In this document: positions 40,541 through 51,603 of the stretch, one piece after another
Position numbering within the stretch: position 1 is the stretch's first letter
Layout of the letters: each line of letters starts with the position of its first letter
NCBI GenBank assembly: GCA_044070495.1
Contig: JBIPSI010000026.1
Span: 12,416-76,415, forward strand
Length of the DNA stretch: 64,000 nucleotides
Origin: Spirulina sp.
GTDB taxonomy: Bacteria; Cyanobacteriota; Cyanobacteriia; Phormidesmidales; Phormidesmidaceae
Reading direction: 5' to 3'
Notes under the pieces: generated by a model
The model's database searches: none
Seen by the model: the letters and a program-made list of their open reading frames with translations, nothing else
Told to the model about the DNA's origin: nothing
Translations under genes and position numbers: made by a program

Positions 40541-41905
40541 CTAGGCGGTGGGCTGATGGCGGCGGAAACCCAAGGAAAAGCAGGTCTGCCAGAGTTGTTC
40601 GCCCAGGGGTTGGCTGGTCGCCGTAATGGTGCCATCGATCTGCTCCATCAGCCCCCGTACCAAGGCCAGCCCCGTGCCCGTACCGGGAATAGCGTCCTTG
40701 GTGGCGTTGCGGCCCCGGCGGAATTTCTCGAAGATATGGGGCAATTCGTCGGCGTGGATGCCAGCCCCCACATTGCTAAGCTGCACCGTGGCCTGGGTAT
40801 CGGCCTCGGCAGGCTTGGCGAGGGTTAGGGTGATGGTGCTGCCCGGAGCAGCGTACTTGCGGGCGTTGGTTAGCAGCTCTTGCATTGCCCTCGTTAGGTG
40901 GCTGGCGGAGGCCAAAATTCGCACTGGCTCCTGGGGCAGGGTCAGCACTAGAGACAACTGCGCCGCCGCTAGGGATTCCTGGGACTCCTTGGCCAGGGTG
41001 GTGAGCACCTGCACCAAGTCCACGGGCATGAGGCAGGTGCGGTTGGCCCCGGTATCCACGGTTTGCAGCATCAGCAGGTCGTTGACCAGATTGGTTTCGC
41101 GGCTGCACTGCTGCTCCAAAATATCGAGGTACATGGCCGCTCGCTCTGGGGTGAGGTCGGGCCGCCGCAGCATCCGAATGGCCAGCATCATGCTAGTGAG
41201 GGGGGTGCGCAGTTCGTGGTTGAGGGTGCTGAGAAAGTCTTCCTTGAGGTAGTTCAGGTAGCGCAGTTGCTCGTTGCACTGCTGGGTCTGCTGCTGGAGG
41301 TGGTGTTGGTGCAGGGCAATGGCGACCACACTCGCTAGGTTCACAGCGAGGGATTCCTCGATGGTCAAACTTGGGTGGCTGCGATGATTCAGCCATACCA
41401 CAACCCCTTCGCAGTCGGGGGCGGCGGTGATGGCCATGGAACGATAGACCTGGAGACCCGCTAGGGCACTAGCCTCTAGCTCGTTCTCTGGAAGGATCGA
41501 CAGCAGACCATCGCGCCAGGGCAGACGGGTAGCGGTGAGTTGGGGGCTAGCAAACTGTTGGATGAGACCGCCAGCCACGCGATGCTGTAGGGCCGCCTGG
41601 GGAGAACTGCCCAGGGTGGGTAGCTGACAAAGCTGTACCGGAGAGCTACTTTGCCAAAGGGTGTAGGTCGTGCGGTTGGTGGGGGCATGGTGCCATAGCA
41701 GCAGACAAGCCTCGGCCCCAAGCTGAGAACCCAGCACCTCGGTAATTTGGTGCAGGGTGTAGGGCGTATTGAGGGTGGCGGTAAGGGTGTGCAGCAGTTG
41801 GCACGCGATGTGTTGGGTGTCGGCGGAACTGCTGGTGGCTGGAGGTATGCGCTCATCCCCGGCTGGTCGCACTGAAAACAAGACGGGGGGGTGATCAGAT
41901 GCCAT
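40541..41905 (-). CDS. Orphan sensor histidine kinase (degenerate GAF-HisKA-HATPase)
   Basis: H-box HELRTPLT, ELLTNARKY, FEKFRR, GTGTGLA. Confidence 0.88.
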   Translation of the reverse strand: MASDHPPVLFSVRPAGDERIPPATSSSADTQHIACQLLHTLTATLNTPYTLHQITEVLGSQLGAEACLLLWHHAPTNRTTYTLWQSSSPVQLCQLPTLGSSPQAALQHRVAGGLIQQFASPQLTATRLPWRDGLLSILPENELEASALAGLQVYRSMAITAAPDCEGVVVWLNHRSHPSLTIEESLAVNLASVVAIALHQHHLQQQTQQCNEQLRYLNYLKEDFLSTLNHELRTPLTSMMLAIRMLRRPDLTPERAAMYLDILEQQCSRETNLVNDLLMLQTVDTGANRTCLMPVDLVQVLTTLAKESQESLAAAQLSLVLTLPQEPVRILASASHLTRAMQELLTNARKYAAPGSTITLTLAKPAEADTQATVQLSNVGAGIHADELPHIFEKFRRGRNATKDAIPGTGTGLALVRGLMEQIDGTITATSQPLGEQLWQTCFSLGFRRHQPTA

Positions 41906-42236
41906 GGCCCTAGGGATGAACGACTGCCCTGAATCCTTAGCCAGGGGGAGAGAATCCTGTGAGTTGAGGTTTTTTCTTCCCCCTGACTACCTATAGCCTA
42001 ATGGCTGCCTCCCATAGCGGTATCCGTAATATTGCCAATTTTTGAGGGCCTCCTGTTTTGAGATCCTGCGCATTTCCCGGATCCCTTGGGTAAAAGCCTT
42101 ACATAGCAACCGCTGCTCCTAGGGCAACCTACAGATGGCCTGCCCTAGTCCCGGAAGGCAGGCGGAGGGCACCCAGAGCAGGATGCCACAGAAGCCTTGC
42201 CGCGTTGGCAAATCAGTGGGTTATTTCTGCCTCAGC

Positions 42237-43742
42237 CTACTGGCCCTGGGATTGTTGGCCCTGGGATTGTTGGCCCTGGATCTGACTTTGAAACTGGGCT
42301 TTGGAGTTGACGGAACGCACCACCCAGGTGTCTTTACTGCCGCCCCCCTGGGAGGAGTTGACCACGAGGGATCCCCGTTTTAGGGCCACGCGGGTGAGAC
42401 CACCGGGGTTCACGTAAATATCCTGGCCGTAGAGGATATAGGGACGCAGGTCTACATGACAGCCCTCAAAGCCGCCGTCGATTAAGGTGGGGACGCGGGA
42501 GAGGCAGAGGGTGGGCTGGGCGATATAACCCCTGGGGTTGGCGCGAATGCGGTCGGCAAATTCCAGGCGTTGGTCTTCGCTGGCGTGGGGGCCAACCAAC
42601 ATGCCATAGCCACCGGAGGCATTGGTAGCCTTGACCACCAGCTTGTCTAAGTTGCTGAGAACGTGGGCTTGCTGGGTGGGGTCTTCGCACAAAAAGGTGG
42701 GCACGTTGGGGATGATTTGGTCTTCGTCGAGGTAGTAGCGGATCATTTGGGGCACGTAGGCGTAGACCAGTTTGTCATCGGCCACGCCCGTCCCTAGGGC
42801 ATTGGCAATGGCCACCCGTCCGGCGCGATAGACCTCCATCAGCCCTGGCACCCCCAGCAGGGAGTCGGGGCGGAAGGCTTGGGGGTCGATAAAGTCGTCG
42901 TCGATGCGGCGGTAGACCACATCCACCCGCTCTAGGCCCTTGGTGGTGCGCATTTTTAGGTAGCCGTCAGACACGACGAGATCGCGTCCTTCCACCAGTT
43001 CTGCCCCAATTTGCTGGGCCAGGAAGGAATGCTCGAAGTAGGCGGAGTTGTACATACCGGGGGTGAGCACCGCCACGCGAGGGGTGATCAGGGTTTCAGG
43101 GGCGAGGTTGAGTAACGTTTCCAAGAGCTGGCTGGCATAGTCGTCTACGGCGGCAATCTCCATGGCCGAGAAGAGGTGGGGGAAGGTGGTCTTCATCACC
43201 CGCCGATTTTCCAGCACGTAGGACACACCGGAGGGACAGCGCATGTTGTCCTCCAAGACGTACCAGGTGCCGTCTTTGTCGCGCACCAAATCCGTTCCGG
43301 TGATATGACACCAAATGTTGTTGGGCGGTTGCAGGCCCATGCAGGGTTCCAGAAAGCCCGGTGCGCTCTCGACCACATGGCGCGGAATCACCCCATCGTT
43401 GAGGATTTTTTGGTCGTTATAGACATCATGAAGAAAGCAGTTAATGGCTTGGATACGCTGCTTTAGTCCCTTTTCTAGCCATTCCCACTCGTGACCAGGA
43501 ACAATACGGGGAATCACATCGAAGGGAAAGATGCGCTCGGTGCCCTGGGTGTCGCTGTAGACATTGAAGGTGACGCCCAGCTTAAACAGGGTCTTCTGGA
43601 CGGCCTGCTGCCGCTGCTGCAACTCGACTAAGGACATGGCGTTCACCCGATGGATCAATAGCTCAGCTTCGGGGCGGGGCTGGCCCTGGCCCACAAAGAG
43701 CTCGTCGTAGAAGTCACCGGGGTTGTAGGCGTCAAAGAGCAC
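42237..43742 (-). CDS. Circularly permuted type 2 ATP-grasp protein
   Basis: ERIFPFDVIPR, EDNMRCPSGVSY, HVDLRPY, GGLTRVAL, NSSQGGGSKDTW, and a Gln-rich tail. Confidence 0.92.
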   Translation of the reverse strand: MLFDAYNPGDFYDELFVGQGQPRPEAELLIHRVNAMSLVELQQRQQAVQKTLFKLGVTFNVYSDTQGTERIFPFDVIPRIVPGHEWEWLEKGLKQRIQAINCFLHDVYNDQKILNDGVIPRHVVESAPGFLEPCMGLQPPNNIWCHITGTDLVRDKDGTWYVLEDNMRCPSGVSYVLENRRVMKTTFPHLFSAMEIAAVDDYASQLLETLLNLAPETLITPRVAVLTPGMYNSAYFEHSFLAQQIGAELVEGRDLVVSDGYLKMRTTKGLERVDVVYRRIDDDFIDPQAFRPDSLLGVPGLMEVYRAGRVAIANALGTGVADDKLVYAYVPQMIRYYLDEDQIIPNVPTFLCEDPTQQAHVLSNLDKLVVKATNASGGYGMLVGPHASEDQRLEFADRIRANPRGYIAQPTLCLSRVPTLIDGGFEGCHVDLRPYILYGQDIYVNPGGLTRVALKRGSLVVNSSQGGGSKDTWVVRSVNSKAQFQSQIQGQQSQGQQSQGQ

Positions 43743-43888
43743 AGGTGCAGCCTCCCAAGGGGTAGATAGCGAGGGGATAGCACGCTGAGGCCATCACCCA
43801 CCGTTCAACGGTACGCTGAGCAAAAGGCGATTCCGTCAGCGATTACACAATAGTTTTCATCTTTACTGGGTGACCTATCCCTCAGGCT

Positions 43889-43902
43889 GTAGCTTAGGTT
43901 AC
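43889..43902 (-). promoter_or_regulatory. Putative NtcA box
   Basis: GTA-N8-TAC (GTAACCTAAGCTAC on the minus strand), ~150 bp upstream of the ATP-grasp gene. Confidence 0.5.
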
Positions 43903-43906
43903 GACT

Positions 43907-44737
43907 TTAGGCCGCCACGAAGCTCGTCCAGGCTCGATAGAAGAAAAATAGCGCGAAAAAGGCAAGCAGGGCACGAAACATTAGAGTCACGATGGGATCC
44001 GGCAATTTTGGCAAGTAGCGGGTACTGCCCTGCACCCCGACTAGGCCCCCCAGACCTAACAAAACCCCGGTGAGACCCACCACATTGCCCTGGAGCGTAT
44101 GCCAACCGGAGGCGGAAAGGGCGGTGATTACAATCGCGCCCAAGCTGGTTTGGATGGCGGCTTTAATATTCTCTCGCAGCAGCAAAATTTGCAGCGGCAC
44201 CATCACCACACCGCCGCCCACCCCAAAGAGTCCCGCCAAAAATCCGGCAATGCCGCCAATCAGCATCCGGGCTAGGACAGGGTTCATCGGTGGGGATGCG
44301 GTCGAAGTTGCGGCTGGAGTTACGGTCGGGTTGGGATCATCGGCAGAATGAACACCTTGCCGCGTCGCCTGGGCAACGACCCGCTTTTTGATGCCAATTA
44401 AGTAGAGGTTGATCAGCAAGAAAAGACCAAAAATCCCCAATAGCACATACTCCGGAATATGGCTGGCTAGGGCCGTCCCCACAAAGGCCGTGACCACCGA
44501 GGGCAACCCTAGCAGCAGCACGTTGTTGAGGTTCAGGAAGCCCATGCGCCAATTTTGCAGGCTGCCCCCCAAGGAGATGATCAATATCGCCAGGGTGCTA
44601 GTTCCCACCGCCTGCACCGCCGATAACCCCAGAGCTACCATCACGGGCACCATCACCGTGCCGCCGCCAATGCCCAAAAACCCTGCCAGCACCCCCGCAA
44701 AGATACCCACGGCCAAAAGCAGGATAACGTCGCCCAC
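43907..44737 (-). CDS. TauE/SafE family (TSUP) membrane transporter
   Basis: Repeated G(F/L)(L/F)G(I/V)GGG motifs and about eight TM helices. Confidence 0.88.
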   Translation of the reverse strand: MGDVILLLAVGIFAGVLAGFLGIGGGTVMVPVMVALGLSAVQAVGTSTLAILIISLGGSLQNWRMGFLNLNNVLLLGLPSVVTAFVGTALASHIPEYVLLGIFGLFLLINLYLIGIKKRVVAQATRQGVHSADDPNPTVTPAATSTASPPMNPVLARMLIGGIAGFLAGLFGVGGGVVMVPLQILLLRENIKAAIQTSLGAIVITALSASGWHTLQGNVVGLTGVLLGLGGLVGVQGSTRYLPKLPDPIVTLMFRALLAFFALFFFYRAWTSFVAA

Positions 44738-44955
44738 AAAGTCCCCCGTCTCGATTGATGACGATGATGTTTAGATGCCTATTGGTGGCCTTACCGGCCC
44801 TCTTCGATAGGCGATAACTGCAAACGAAACCGTCTGCTTAGCCTTCACACCATACCAATTCTGTGATTCAGGGGGGCAACGGAGAAAAAGTGAAGACAAA
44901 CCGAGCGGAGCCTTGGAGCAGAGATGGATAGGATTACCCTGGAGGTAGCGGCTGC

Positions 44956-45231
44956 TTAGTTTTTAGGATCGCCGCTGTCCTTGCCATCTTTGCCCCCCAC
45001 AAACCGATGGGAAACCGTTTCGGGCTGAATGGCGGATAGAATAGTGTGGCCTGAATCGGTAATAATCACGGCACGGGTGCGGCGGCCATAGGTAGCGTCT
45101 ACCAGTTGTCCCCGCTCGCGGGCATCGCTAATGATGCGCTTGATGGGGGCCGATTCGGGGCTGACGATGGCAATTACTCGATTGGCGGACACAATATTGC
45201 CGAAGCCGATATTGATGAGCTTGATGTCCAT
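44956..45231 (-). CDS. remA: RemA/DUF370 regulator
   Basis: [40 protein letters not shown]. Confidence 0.92.
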   Translation of the reverse strand: MDIKLINIGFGNIVSANRVIAIVSPESAPIKRIISDARERGQLVDATYGRRTRAVIITDSGHTILSAIQPETVSHRFVGGKDGKDSGDPKN

Positions 45232-45611
45232 AATGAATAGGTGGTGGGGGCAATGAACCGGGGGCAGACCACAGGGGCGCTAAAGCTAGGCTAGGAACGG
45301 GGCGCTAAGGCTAGGCTTTAGCGGGCATTGTCGGACAAAGCCGTCTATTATGCCTAGAATTTAGCCTATTGCTCATACTAACGAATTGCCAGGGAGCCGG
45401 GGGAAATATCCGGCTAAATTTCAGAATTTCGTCGATTTCGTAGGATGGACTACATATTTCCTTCCGAGACTAGGGATTAGCCCACGAAAGCGAGCCTTTT
45501 CCCAAGGCAACATCCCTATCCCCATTGCAAAATCGTTGACCTTACCTGTCTGCCAGATTAGGACGGGCCGGGGCCGGGGACTTCCGCCTCTGCCGTCCCC
45601 CTATCCCTGCC

Positions 45612-47378
45612 ATGCCGAGGAATCCCATGCAACCCGTTGACTTCACAACCCTCATGGCCGTCTGCCACGACCTACGGGCCAATTGGGTGCCCGCCCGCTG
45701 CGAACAGGTGGTGCAGTGCAACACGACAACCCTCGCCATCGCCCTCCGCACCTTGGACCGCCGGGGTTGGCTGACGGTGTCTTGGCATCCCCAGGCGGCG
45801 CGGTTGCACCTGGGCGAGGCTCCCCCCAAGGGGCCGGATACCTTCACCTTTAGCCAGCAGCTCAAGCACCAGTTAAATCAATTGGCGCTGGTGGCCATTG
45901 AATCGGTGGCTCCTTGGGAACGGGTGCTGGACTTGCAGTTTGGCCGCCGCCCCGGCGATCCGCCCCAGTGGCATCTGTATGTGGAAATTATGGGCAAGTA
46001 CAGCAACGTGATTTTGGCCAACGACCAGAATCAAATCGTCACCGCCGCCCACCAGGTCAGCGATCAACAGTCGCGGGTGCGACCGATTCAAACCGGGGAT
46101 CCCTACGTGCTCCCCCCGGCGATGATGAACACCCTGCCCAACCTGAAGGAATCCCAAACAAGCTGGCAGGAACGGGTGACTCTAGTGCCCAGCACCCTCA
46201 AAAAAATGCTGATGCAGAGCTATGGCGGCCTCAGTTCGGCCCTGGTGGCGACCTTGGTGGGGGCGGCGCAACTCAGCCCCAACCAACCCGCTGAGGAACT
46301 GACCCAGGCCGATTGGGATCGATTATTTACGGTGTGGCAACGCTGGCTGATGACCCTGGAGAAGGGGCAGTTTTTTCCTGGCCGCACCACCACGGGGTAC
46401 ACGGTGCTAGATTGGAATGCCCTCGCCCCCGTCGATGACCTCCACGATCTACTCAACGACTACTACCGCGATGAACTGAATCGACAGCAGTTTGACCGTT
46501 TGAGGAATCAGCTTCAGCAAAAACTGAAGGGCCACCTAGAAAAGCTGGGTCAAAAGGCCGACACCTTCCGCCAGCGGTTGGATCAATCTGCCCAGGCCGA
46601 AGACCTGCGGCAACAGGCTGATTTACTGATGACCTACAGCCACCAGTGGCAACCCGGTCTAACCGCCATGACCCTGGCGGACTTTGAAACGGGCGCACCC
46701 GTCACTATCCCCATCGACCCCGACAAAACCGCCATTCAGCAGGCCCAGCGCCTCTACAAACAGCACCAAAAACTAAAGCGGGCTAAGGACAAGGTGTTGC
46801 CCCTACTGAACGACGTGGAGGCCGAACTGAACTACCTCGAACAGGTAGACGACGCCCTGGGCCAGATTGCCAGCTACGGCGAACCCACCGACCTAGAAGC
46901 CCTCACCGATATTCGCGACGAACTGGTGCAGCAGGGCTACCTTGCCTCCCCCGACTATCGCCCCAATGATCGCCGCAACCCCACCGACGCCTTTCGCCAG
47001 TTGCAAAGCCCTAGCGGTCTGGCGGTGCTGGTGGGCCGCAACAATCGCCAAAACGACCTGCTGATTTCCACCGTCGCCACCGACTACGACCTTTGGTTTC
47101 ACACCCAGGAAATCCCCGGTAGCCACGTGCTGCTGCGCCTGGGGGCAGGCCAAGTGCCCAGCGAAACCGACCTGCAATTTGTGGCCGATATCGCCGCCTA
47201 CTTTAGCCGCGCCCGCCAATCCGACCAGGTACCCGTCATCTATACCCAGCCCCGCCATGTCTATAAGCCCAAGGGTGCCCGCCCCGGCATGGTAATTTAC
47301 AAACACGAAACCGTTCTGTGGGGCCAACCCCAACGCCTGCGTCAGTCGCCGCCCACCTCGGTTGCTGGCCAACCCTAG
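45612..47378 (+). CDS. rqcH: Ribosome quality-control protein RqcH (NFACT/FbpA family)
   Basis: EIMGKYSNVIL, GRNNRQND, WFHTQEIPGSHV, AAYFSRAR, KPKGARPGMVIY. Confidence 0.9.
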   Translation: MPRNPMQPVDFTTLMAVCHDLRANWVPARCEQVVQCNTTTLAIALRTLDRRGWLTVSWHPQAARLHLGEAPPKGPDTFTFSQQLKHQLNQLALVAIESVAPWERVLDLQFGRRPGDPPQWHLYVEIMGKYSNVILANDQNQIVTAAHQVSDQQSRVRPIQTGDPYVLPPAMMNTLPNLKESQTSWQERVTLVPSTLKKMLMQSYGGLSSALVATLVGAAQLSPNQPAEELTQADWDRLFTVWQRWLMTLEKGQFFPGRTTTGYTVLDWNALAPVDDLHDLLNDYYRDELNRQQFDRLRNQLQQKLKGHLEKLGQKADTFRQRLDQSAQAEDLRQQADLLMTYSHQWQPGLTAMTLADFETGAPVTIPIDPDKTAIQQAQRLYKQHQKLKRAKDKVLPLLNDVEAELNYLEQVDDALGQIASYGEPTDLEALTDIRDELVQQGYLASPDYRPNDRRNPTDAFRQLQSPSGLAVLVGRNNRQNDLLISTVATDYDLWFHTQEIPGSHVLLRLGAGQVPSETDLQFVADIAAYFSRARQSDQVPVIYTQPRHVYKPKGARPGMVIYKHETVLWGQPQRLRQSPPTSVAGQP

Positions 47379-47590
47379 GGGCCGTCATCCAACACACTCA
47401 AACCCTGATCTTGCCGTTGACCTGAACAGATGGAGTGCCTAATAACCCTGAATTTCATCCCATTAATAACGCGGCCTAGGGCGGGATTATTCGACTAAGT
47501 ACATTTGCTCATCAGCCTAGGTTATCGAACCCGGACATATTGACTAGAGATTTTGTAAAGAGAAATCTGTACTTGTTGTTACAATAGAAG

Positions 47591-47724
47591 ACGGAGGAGA
47601 TGAGAGCCCTCCCACGGAAGCTACCCTTAGCGCATAGGCTTTGAGGCGGTTTCCTCCAAATTGAGAGAACAACATAGGTATTCAAGATTACCTGCGTCGG
47701 CTTCGAGAGAAGCCGATTTTTTTT
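47591..47724 (+). ncRNA. PsrR1 (SyR1)-like sRNA
   Basis: -10 TACAAT (47580-47585) inside an HLR1-like GTTACAAT, ~134 nt long, anti-SD segment GGTTTCCTCC, strong terminator TCGGCTTC-GAAGCCGA-T8. The name is from recall. Confidence 0.65.
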
Positions 47725-47959
47725 CAGTGTAGCAATGCGTTAATCGTGCGTGATACCGCATCCGAATTCCATCACCCCGACGCCCAACCCCGTCAAACCG
47801 TAGGGGCAAGGTCTCCTCGCCCAACTCAACCGTGGGTAAGCCCTCAGGATTTAGGATGAGACAACGCCATGGCTGGGTGGAGGAGTCAGGCCGAGCGAGC
47901 ACTGACCAAGCAGAGTGGGCATAATTAAGGCGAGTCAATTCTAGAGCGGCCCCTGCACC

Positions 47960-48940
47960 ATGCCCTCCCCCTCCTTACCCGCCGAGCCTGTCCCGCTTTC
48001 TCTCCCCACGTTGTCGGTGATTGTGCCCATCTACAACGGCGAAGCCGATTTACCCGACCTGCTAGATCGGCTGATGGCCCAAACCTACCCCGCCGACCGA
48101 GTGGACTATTGGCTGGTGGACAACGGCAGCCAAGACCACACCCCGGATTTGTTAAAGACCGCTGCGGCCCAGGCCGACGAACGGGGAATCCGGCTTCAGC
48201 CCTTGACCTATCGCGATATTCAAAGCTCCTACGCCGCCCGCAATGCCGGAATTGCCGCTGCCACCGGGGAAATTCTGGCCTTCACCGATGCCGACTGCCA
48301 CCCCGAACCCACCTGGCTGGAGGAACTGGTGAAACCCTTGACCGATCCAGCCATTGGCCTAGTGGCCGGAGGGATTCATGCTTTCCCCAGTCAGCATTGG
48401 CTAGAGCGCTACGCCGAACGCCAGGGCACCCTTTCTCAGGAAAACACCCTGAATCATGCTTTTTTGCCCTATGGCCAAACGGCAAATTTGGCAGTACGGG
48501 CCGAGATTTTTCGACAAGTCGGCCTGTTTCGGCCCCACCTCACCACCGGGGGCGATGCCGATATCTGCTGGCGCATTCAGCAACAAACGCCCTGGAAACT
48601 GGCCTCGGCCCCTGAAGCCATCGTCTACCATCGCCACCGCCGCACCCTGGAGGAACTGCGCCGCCAGTGGTATCGCTATGGTTGCTCGAACCGTTATTTG
48701 CATGATTTGCATGGGATTGACCTCATGCGTCCCCTCACCGCCGGAGAACTTCGCTATCGCCTGCTGCGCTGGGGTTTGAAGGAATTTCCCAAGGCGGGCC
48801 TTAAATCCCTGACAGGCCAAGCCACCGGACTAGATTTGGTGATTACACCCCTCGATCTATGGTGTACCCACGCCCGCAGCCAAGGTCAGCAACAGGCCCA
48901 ACTTTCCCCCCAAGCCCGTGATATTGCTTACCTGCCCTAA
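47960..48940 (+). CDS. Glycosyltransferase family 2
   Basis: SVIVPIYN, VDNGSQD, ARNAG, FTDADC. Confidence 0.92.
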   Translation: MPSPSLPAEPVPLSLPTLSVIVPIYNGEADLPDLLDRLMAQTYPADRVDYWLVDNGSQDHTPDLLKTAAAQADERGIRLQPLTYRDIQSSYAARNAGIAAATGEILAFTDADCHPEPTWLEELVKPLTDPAIGLVAGGIHAFPSQHWLERYAERQGTLSQENTLNHAFLPYGQTANLAVRAEIFRQVGLFRPHLTTGGDADICWRIQQQTPWKLASAPEAIVYHRHRRTLEELRRQWYRYGCSNRYLHDLHGIDLMRPLTAGELRYRLLRWGLKEFPKAGLKSLTGQATGLDLVITPLDLWCTHARSQGQQQAQLSPQARDIAYLP

Positions 48941-49041
48941 TCCCCCGATTGGGCGGAAATCTCTGATTCTGCTGACATCCTGTGTGGGTGGGGTAACCCC
49001 GCCCCTACCGAATCCCTCAAGCACCAACCCCAATTTTCCCC

Positions 49042-50253
49042 ATGCGCCTTTTAATGATTTCCGCCACGTTCCCTTACCCGCCCACCCTGGGGGGAACTCA
49101 AATCCGCACGTTCTACCTGCTGAAGCACCTGGCCCAGCGCCATGCCGTGACCCTTGTAACCCAAACCTCGCCGGAGGTGAGCGAAGCAGATGTGGTGGCT
49201 CTGGGCGGGTATGTGGACAAGCTGGTGTGTTTTCCCAAACCCAATCCCGCTGATTTGAAGCGAGGGACGATGGGCAAAATCAGCCGTTTTGCCAACTTTT
49301 TGGCCACGGGCACGCCCCCTAGCACCACCTACCTGATGGTGCCGGAGATGCAAGCCTGGGTTGAGGACTGGGTGACGAGCGGCCAGTGCGATGCCATTAC
49401 CTGCGAACACAGCGTTAATGAGGGCTTTGTGCGGCCCAGCTATCGGCAGCGGGTGGGCAAGGTGGTGGTGGATATCCACAGTTCCCTCTACGGCACGTTG
49501 TTGAACCAGCTTGAAACGGGCACCGCCGAAAAGCCCTGGCGGGATCGCCTGAATTTGGGCCTGATGCGCCGCTACGAAGGGCAGTACGTGAAAAAGTTTT
49601 CTGACCTGGTGATTACCACCGAGGAAGATCGCCGCTTTTTTGAACCCATCGCGGGCCAAACACCCCTCCATGTGGTGCCCAACGGGGTGGATTTGGAGGC
49701 GTTTCCCTACCGCAGCGCTGACCCCGGTGGCCATAGCCTGGTGTTTGTGGGAGCCATGGACTACATCGCCAATGTGGATACGGCCCAATACTTGGCGATG
49801 GAAATTCTGCCGCCCCTGCACCAGCGCTACCCAGAGGCCACCCTATACCTGGTGGGCAATAAGCCGACCCCCGCCGTGAATGCCCTGGCCAAAATTCCGG
49901 GGGTGGTGGTAACCGGGCGGGTGCCCTCGGTGGCGGACTACCTGCACCGGGCGACGGTGTGCGTGGTGCCGATGCGGATTGGCTTTGGCATTAAAAACAA
50001 AACCCTGGAAGCCATGGCGGCGGGGGTGCCCGTGGTGGCCAGTGATCGAGGCCTAGAAGGACTGGCCGTAGACCAACCCCAGCGGGCCTTGCGGGCGAAT
50101 TCCACCGACGAGTATGTCGCCGCCATTGGCCAACTGTTCGATGATGCCGACCTGCGAGCCACCCTCTCCCAGCGGGGGCGCGAGTTGATTGAGGCGACCT
50201 TCACCTGGGAACGGGCTGGGGAAGCCTATGAGCGGGTGATCACAGCGGGATGA
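49042..50253 (+). CDS. Glycosyltransferase family 4
   Basis: VPNGVD, GIKNKTLEAMAAGVPVV. Confidence 0.92.
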   Translation: MRLLMISATFPYPPTLGGTQIRTFYLLKHLAQRHAVTLVTQTSPEVSEADVVALGGYVDKLVCFPKPNPADLKRGTMGKISRFANFLATGTPPSTTYLMVPEMQAWVEDWVTSGQCDAITCEHSVNEGFVRPSYRQRVGKVVVDIHSSLYGTLLNQLETGTAEKPWRDRLNLGLMRRYEGQYVKKFSDLVITTEEDRRFFEPIAGQTPLHVVPNGVDLEAFPYRSADPGGHSLVFVGAMDYIANVDTAQYLAMEILPPLHQRYPEATLYLVGNKPTPAVNALAKIPGVVVTGRVPSVADYLHRATVCVVPMRIGFGIKNKTLEAMAAGVPVVASDRGLEGLAVDQPQRALRANSTDEYVAAIGQLFDDADLRATLSQRGRELIEATFTWERAGEAYERVITAG

Positions 50254-50358
50254 AATCTCCCCCAACCCGAACCCCGTAACCCTAATTCACAGACTCCAGA
50301 AACCGTAGGGGCGGGGTCTCTCCGACCTGCCAAATCGGGGATAGTTAGGTACGTTGGC

Positions 50359-51603
50359 TTAACCCGTGCGTTGAACATAGAAAAACGCCGCCTGGACGAG
50401 TCCAATCCCAAAGCCCAGGATGCCGCCTAGGTTAACAATGGCCTGCAATTCGCTGCGGACGATGCCCTGGATGGCCATTTCCAAATCCCTGGGGGAGGTA
50501 CCGCGCACTCGGTTGATGATCACCTGGTCGATGTTGAGGATGGGGATGATTTGGGCAACGAGGGATTCCAAATCCCGCTCTAGGTAGCGTTCCAGCACGA
50601 GGGCCAATTCTTCGCTGACGGGATCGAGGGATTGGGTAATCACCTGGGAATGCTGGAGGCGATTGATCAGTTGGGTGGCCAGCATTTCCCAGTTGACGGA
50701 GTTGCCTAGCCCGGTGAGGAATTCTGGCCCCAGGGTGCGGATATAGGTTTGGACGGATTCCTTCAGGTTGCGGCGCATTTGGCGCACGGTGGCCACGGGC
50801 AAGTTTTGTAGGGAAACCTGCTGAAGCCAGTCGCGCAGGCGTTTTTTGATCTGGAGGGCGGTGCTGAGTTCGGCGATGCGGGCATTGCTGACCTCCCGTT
50901 CATCCAAACAGAAGGAACGCAGACGGCCTAGGGCATTGCGTACCCCAAATAGGTTGGCCACCACCCAGTAGGTGCCGCTGGTGCGCTCCCGAAAAATGGT
51001 GTCGATTACCTGAATGTTGCGGTCGGTGAGGAAGTCGATGATGAGCTGGCGCACCTTGTCGGGCGGAAACACCCCGGTCAGCAGCCAGGTGGCGATTTGA
51101 TCGGCCTGCTCTGGGCTAAAGCGAAAGTCCACCAGCACTTGGTCAAACAGTTGATTGAGCTGGGGTTCCAAAAAGTCATCCCGCCTAGCCCACACCCGAA
51201 TTAGTCGGGGCAGAGATTTGCCAAAGAGATCCTGCAAAATACTCCCCGCAATTTGGGCAGTACGAGCCTGGGTGCGGTCGCGAACTTGATCCAGCGCCAA
51301 CTCTAACAACCACTTAATCGCCGCCTGGGTGCGTTCGGTTTGCAGCAGCCGACGGGCCAGGTTTTGCAGTTCTTCCGGCGTCAGCAGCGACCCCATGATG
51401 GTGTCGGAAATGCGCTTAGCCAAGCGTTCTTGATTGCTCGGAATCAGCCCTGGGGTGAAGGGAACCCGCTGTTTGCCCACATACCACGGGCGGTAGGGCC
51501 GAAACAGCATTTTGATGGCGATGTCATTGGTGAAATAGCCAATCACACCGCCCACCACCGGAGGGGCCACCAATAGCCAGAGATCAGACCAAATCATCGT
51601 CAC
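50359..51603 (-). CDS. DUF445 family protein
   Basis: [19 protein letters not shown] and [17 protein letters not shown]. Confidence 0.88.
   Translation of the reverse strand: MTMIWSDLWLLVAPPVVGGVIGYFTNDIAIKMLFRPYRPWYVGKQRVPFTPGLIPSNQERLAKRISDTIMGSLLTPEELQNLARRLLQTERTQAAIKWLLELALDQVRDRTQARTAQIAGSILQDLFGKSLPRLIRVWARRDDFLEPQLNQLFDQVLVDFRFSPEQADQIATWLLTGVFPPDKVRQLIIDFLTDRNIQVIDTIFRERTSGTYWVVANLFGVRNALGRLRSFCLDEREVSNARIAELSTALQIKKRLRDWLQQVSLQNLPVATVRQMRRNLKESVQTYIRTLGPEFLTGLGNSVNWEMLATQLINRLQHSQVITQSLDPVSEELALVLERYLERDLESLVAQIIPILNIDQVIINRVRGTSPRDLEMAIQGIVRSELQAIVNLGGILGFGIGLVQAAFFYVQRTG

Noticed and set aside
47627..47938. 103-aa minus-strand ORF
   Set aside because: It is antisense to the sRNA candidate and crosses a REP element, with no protein features.
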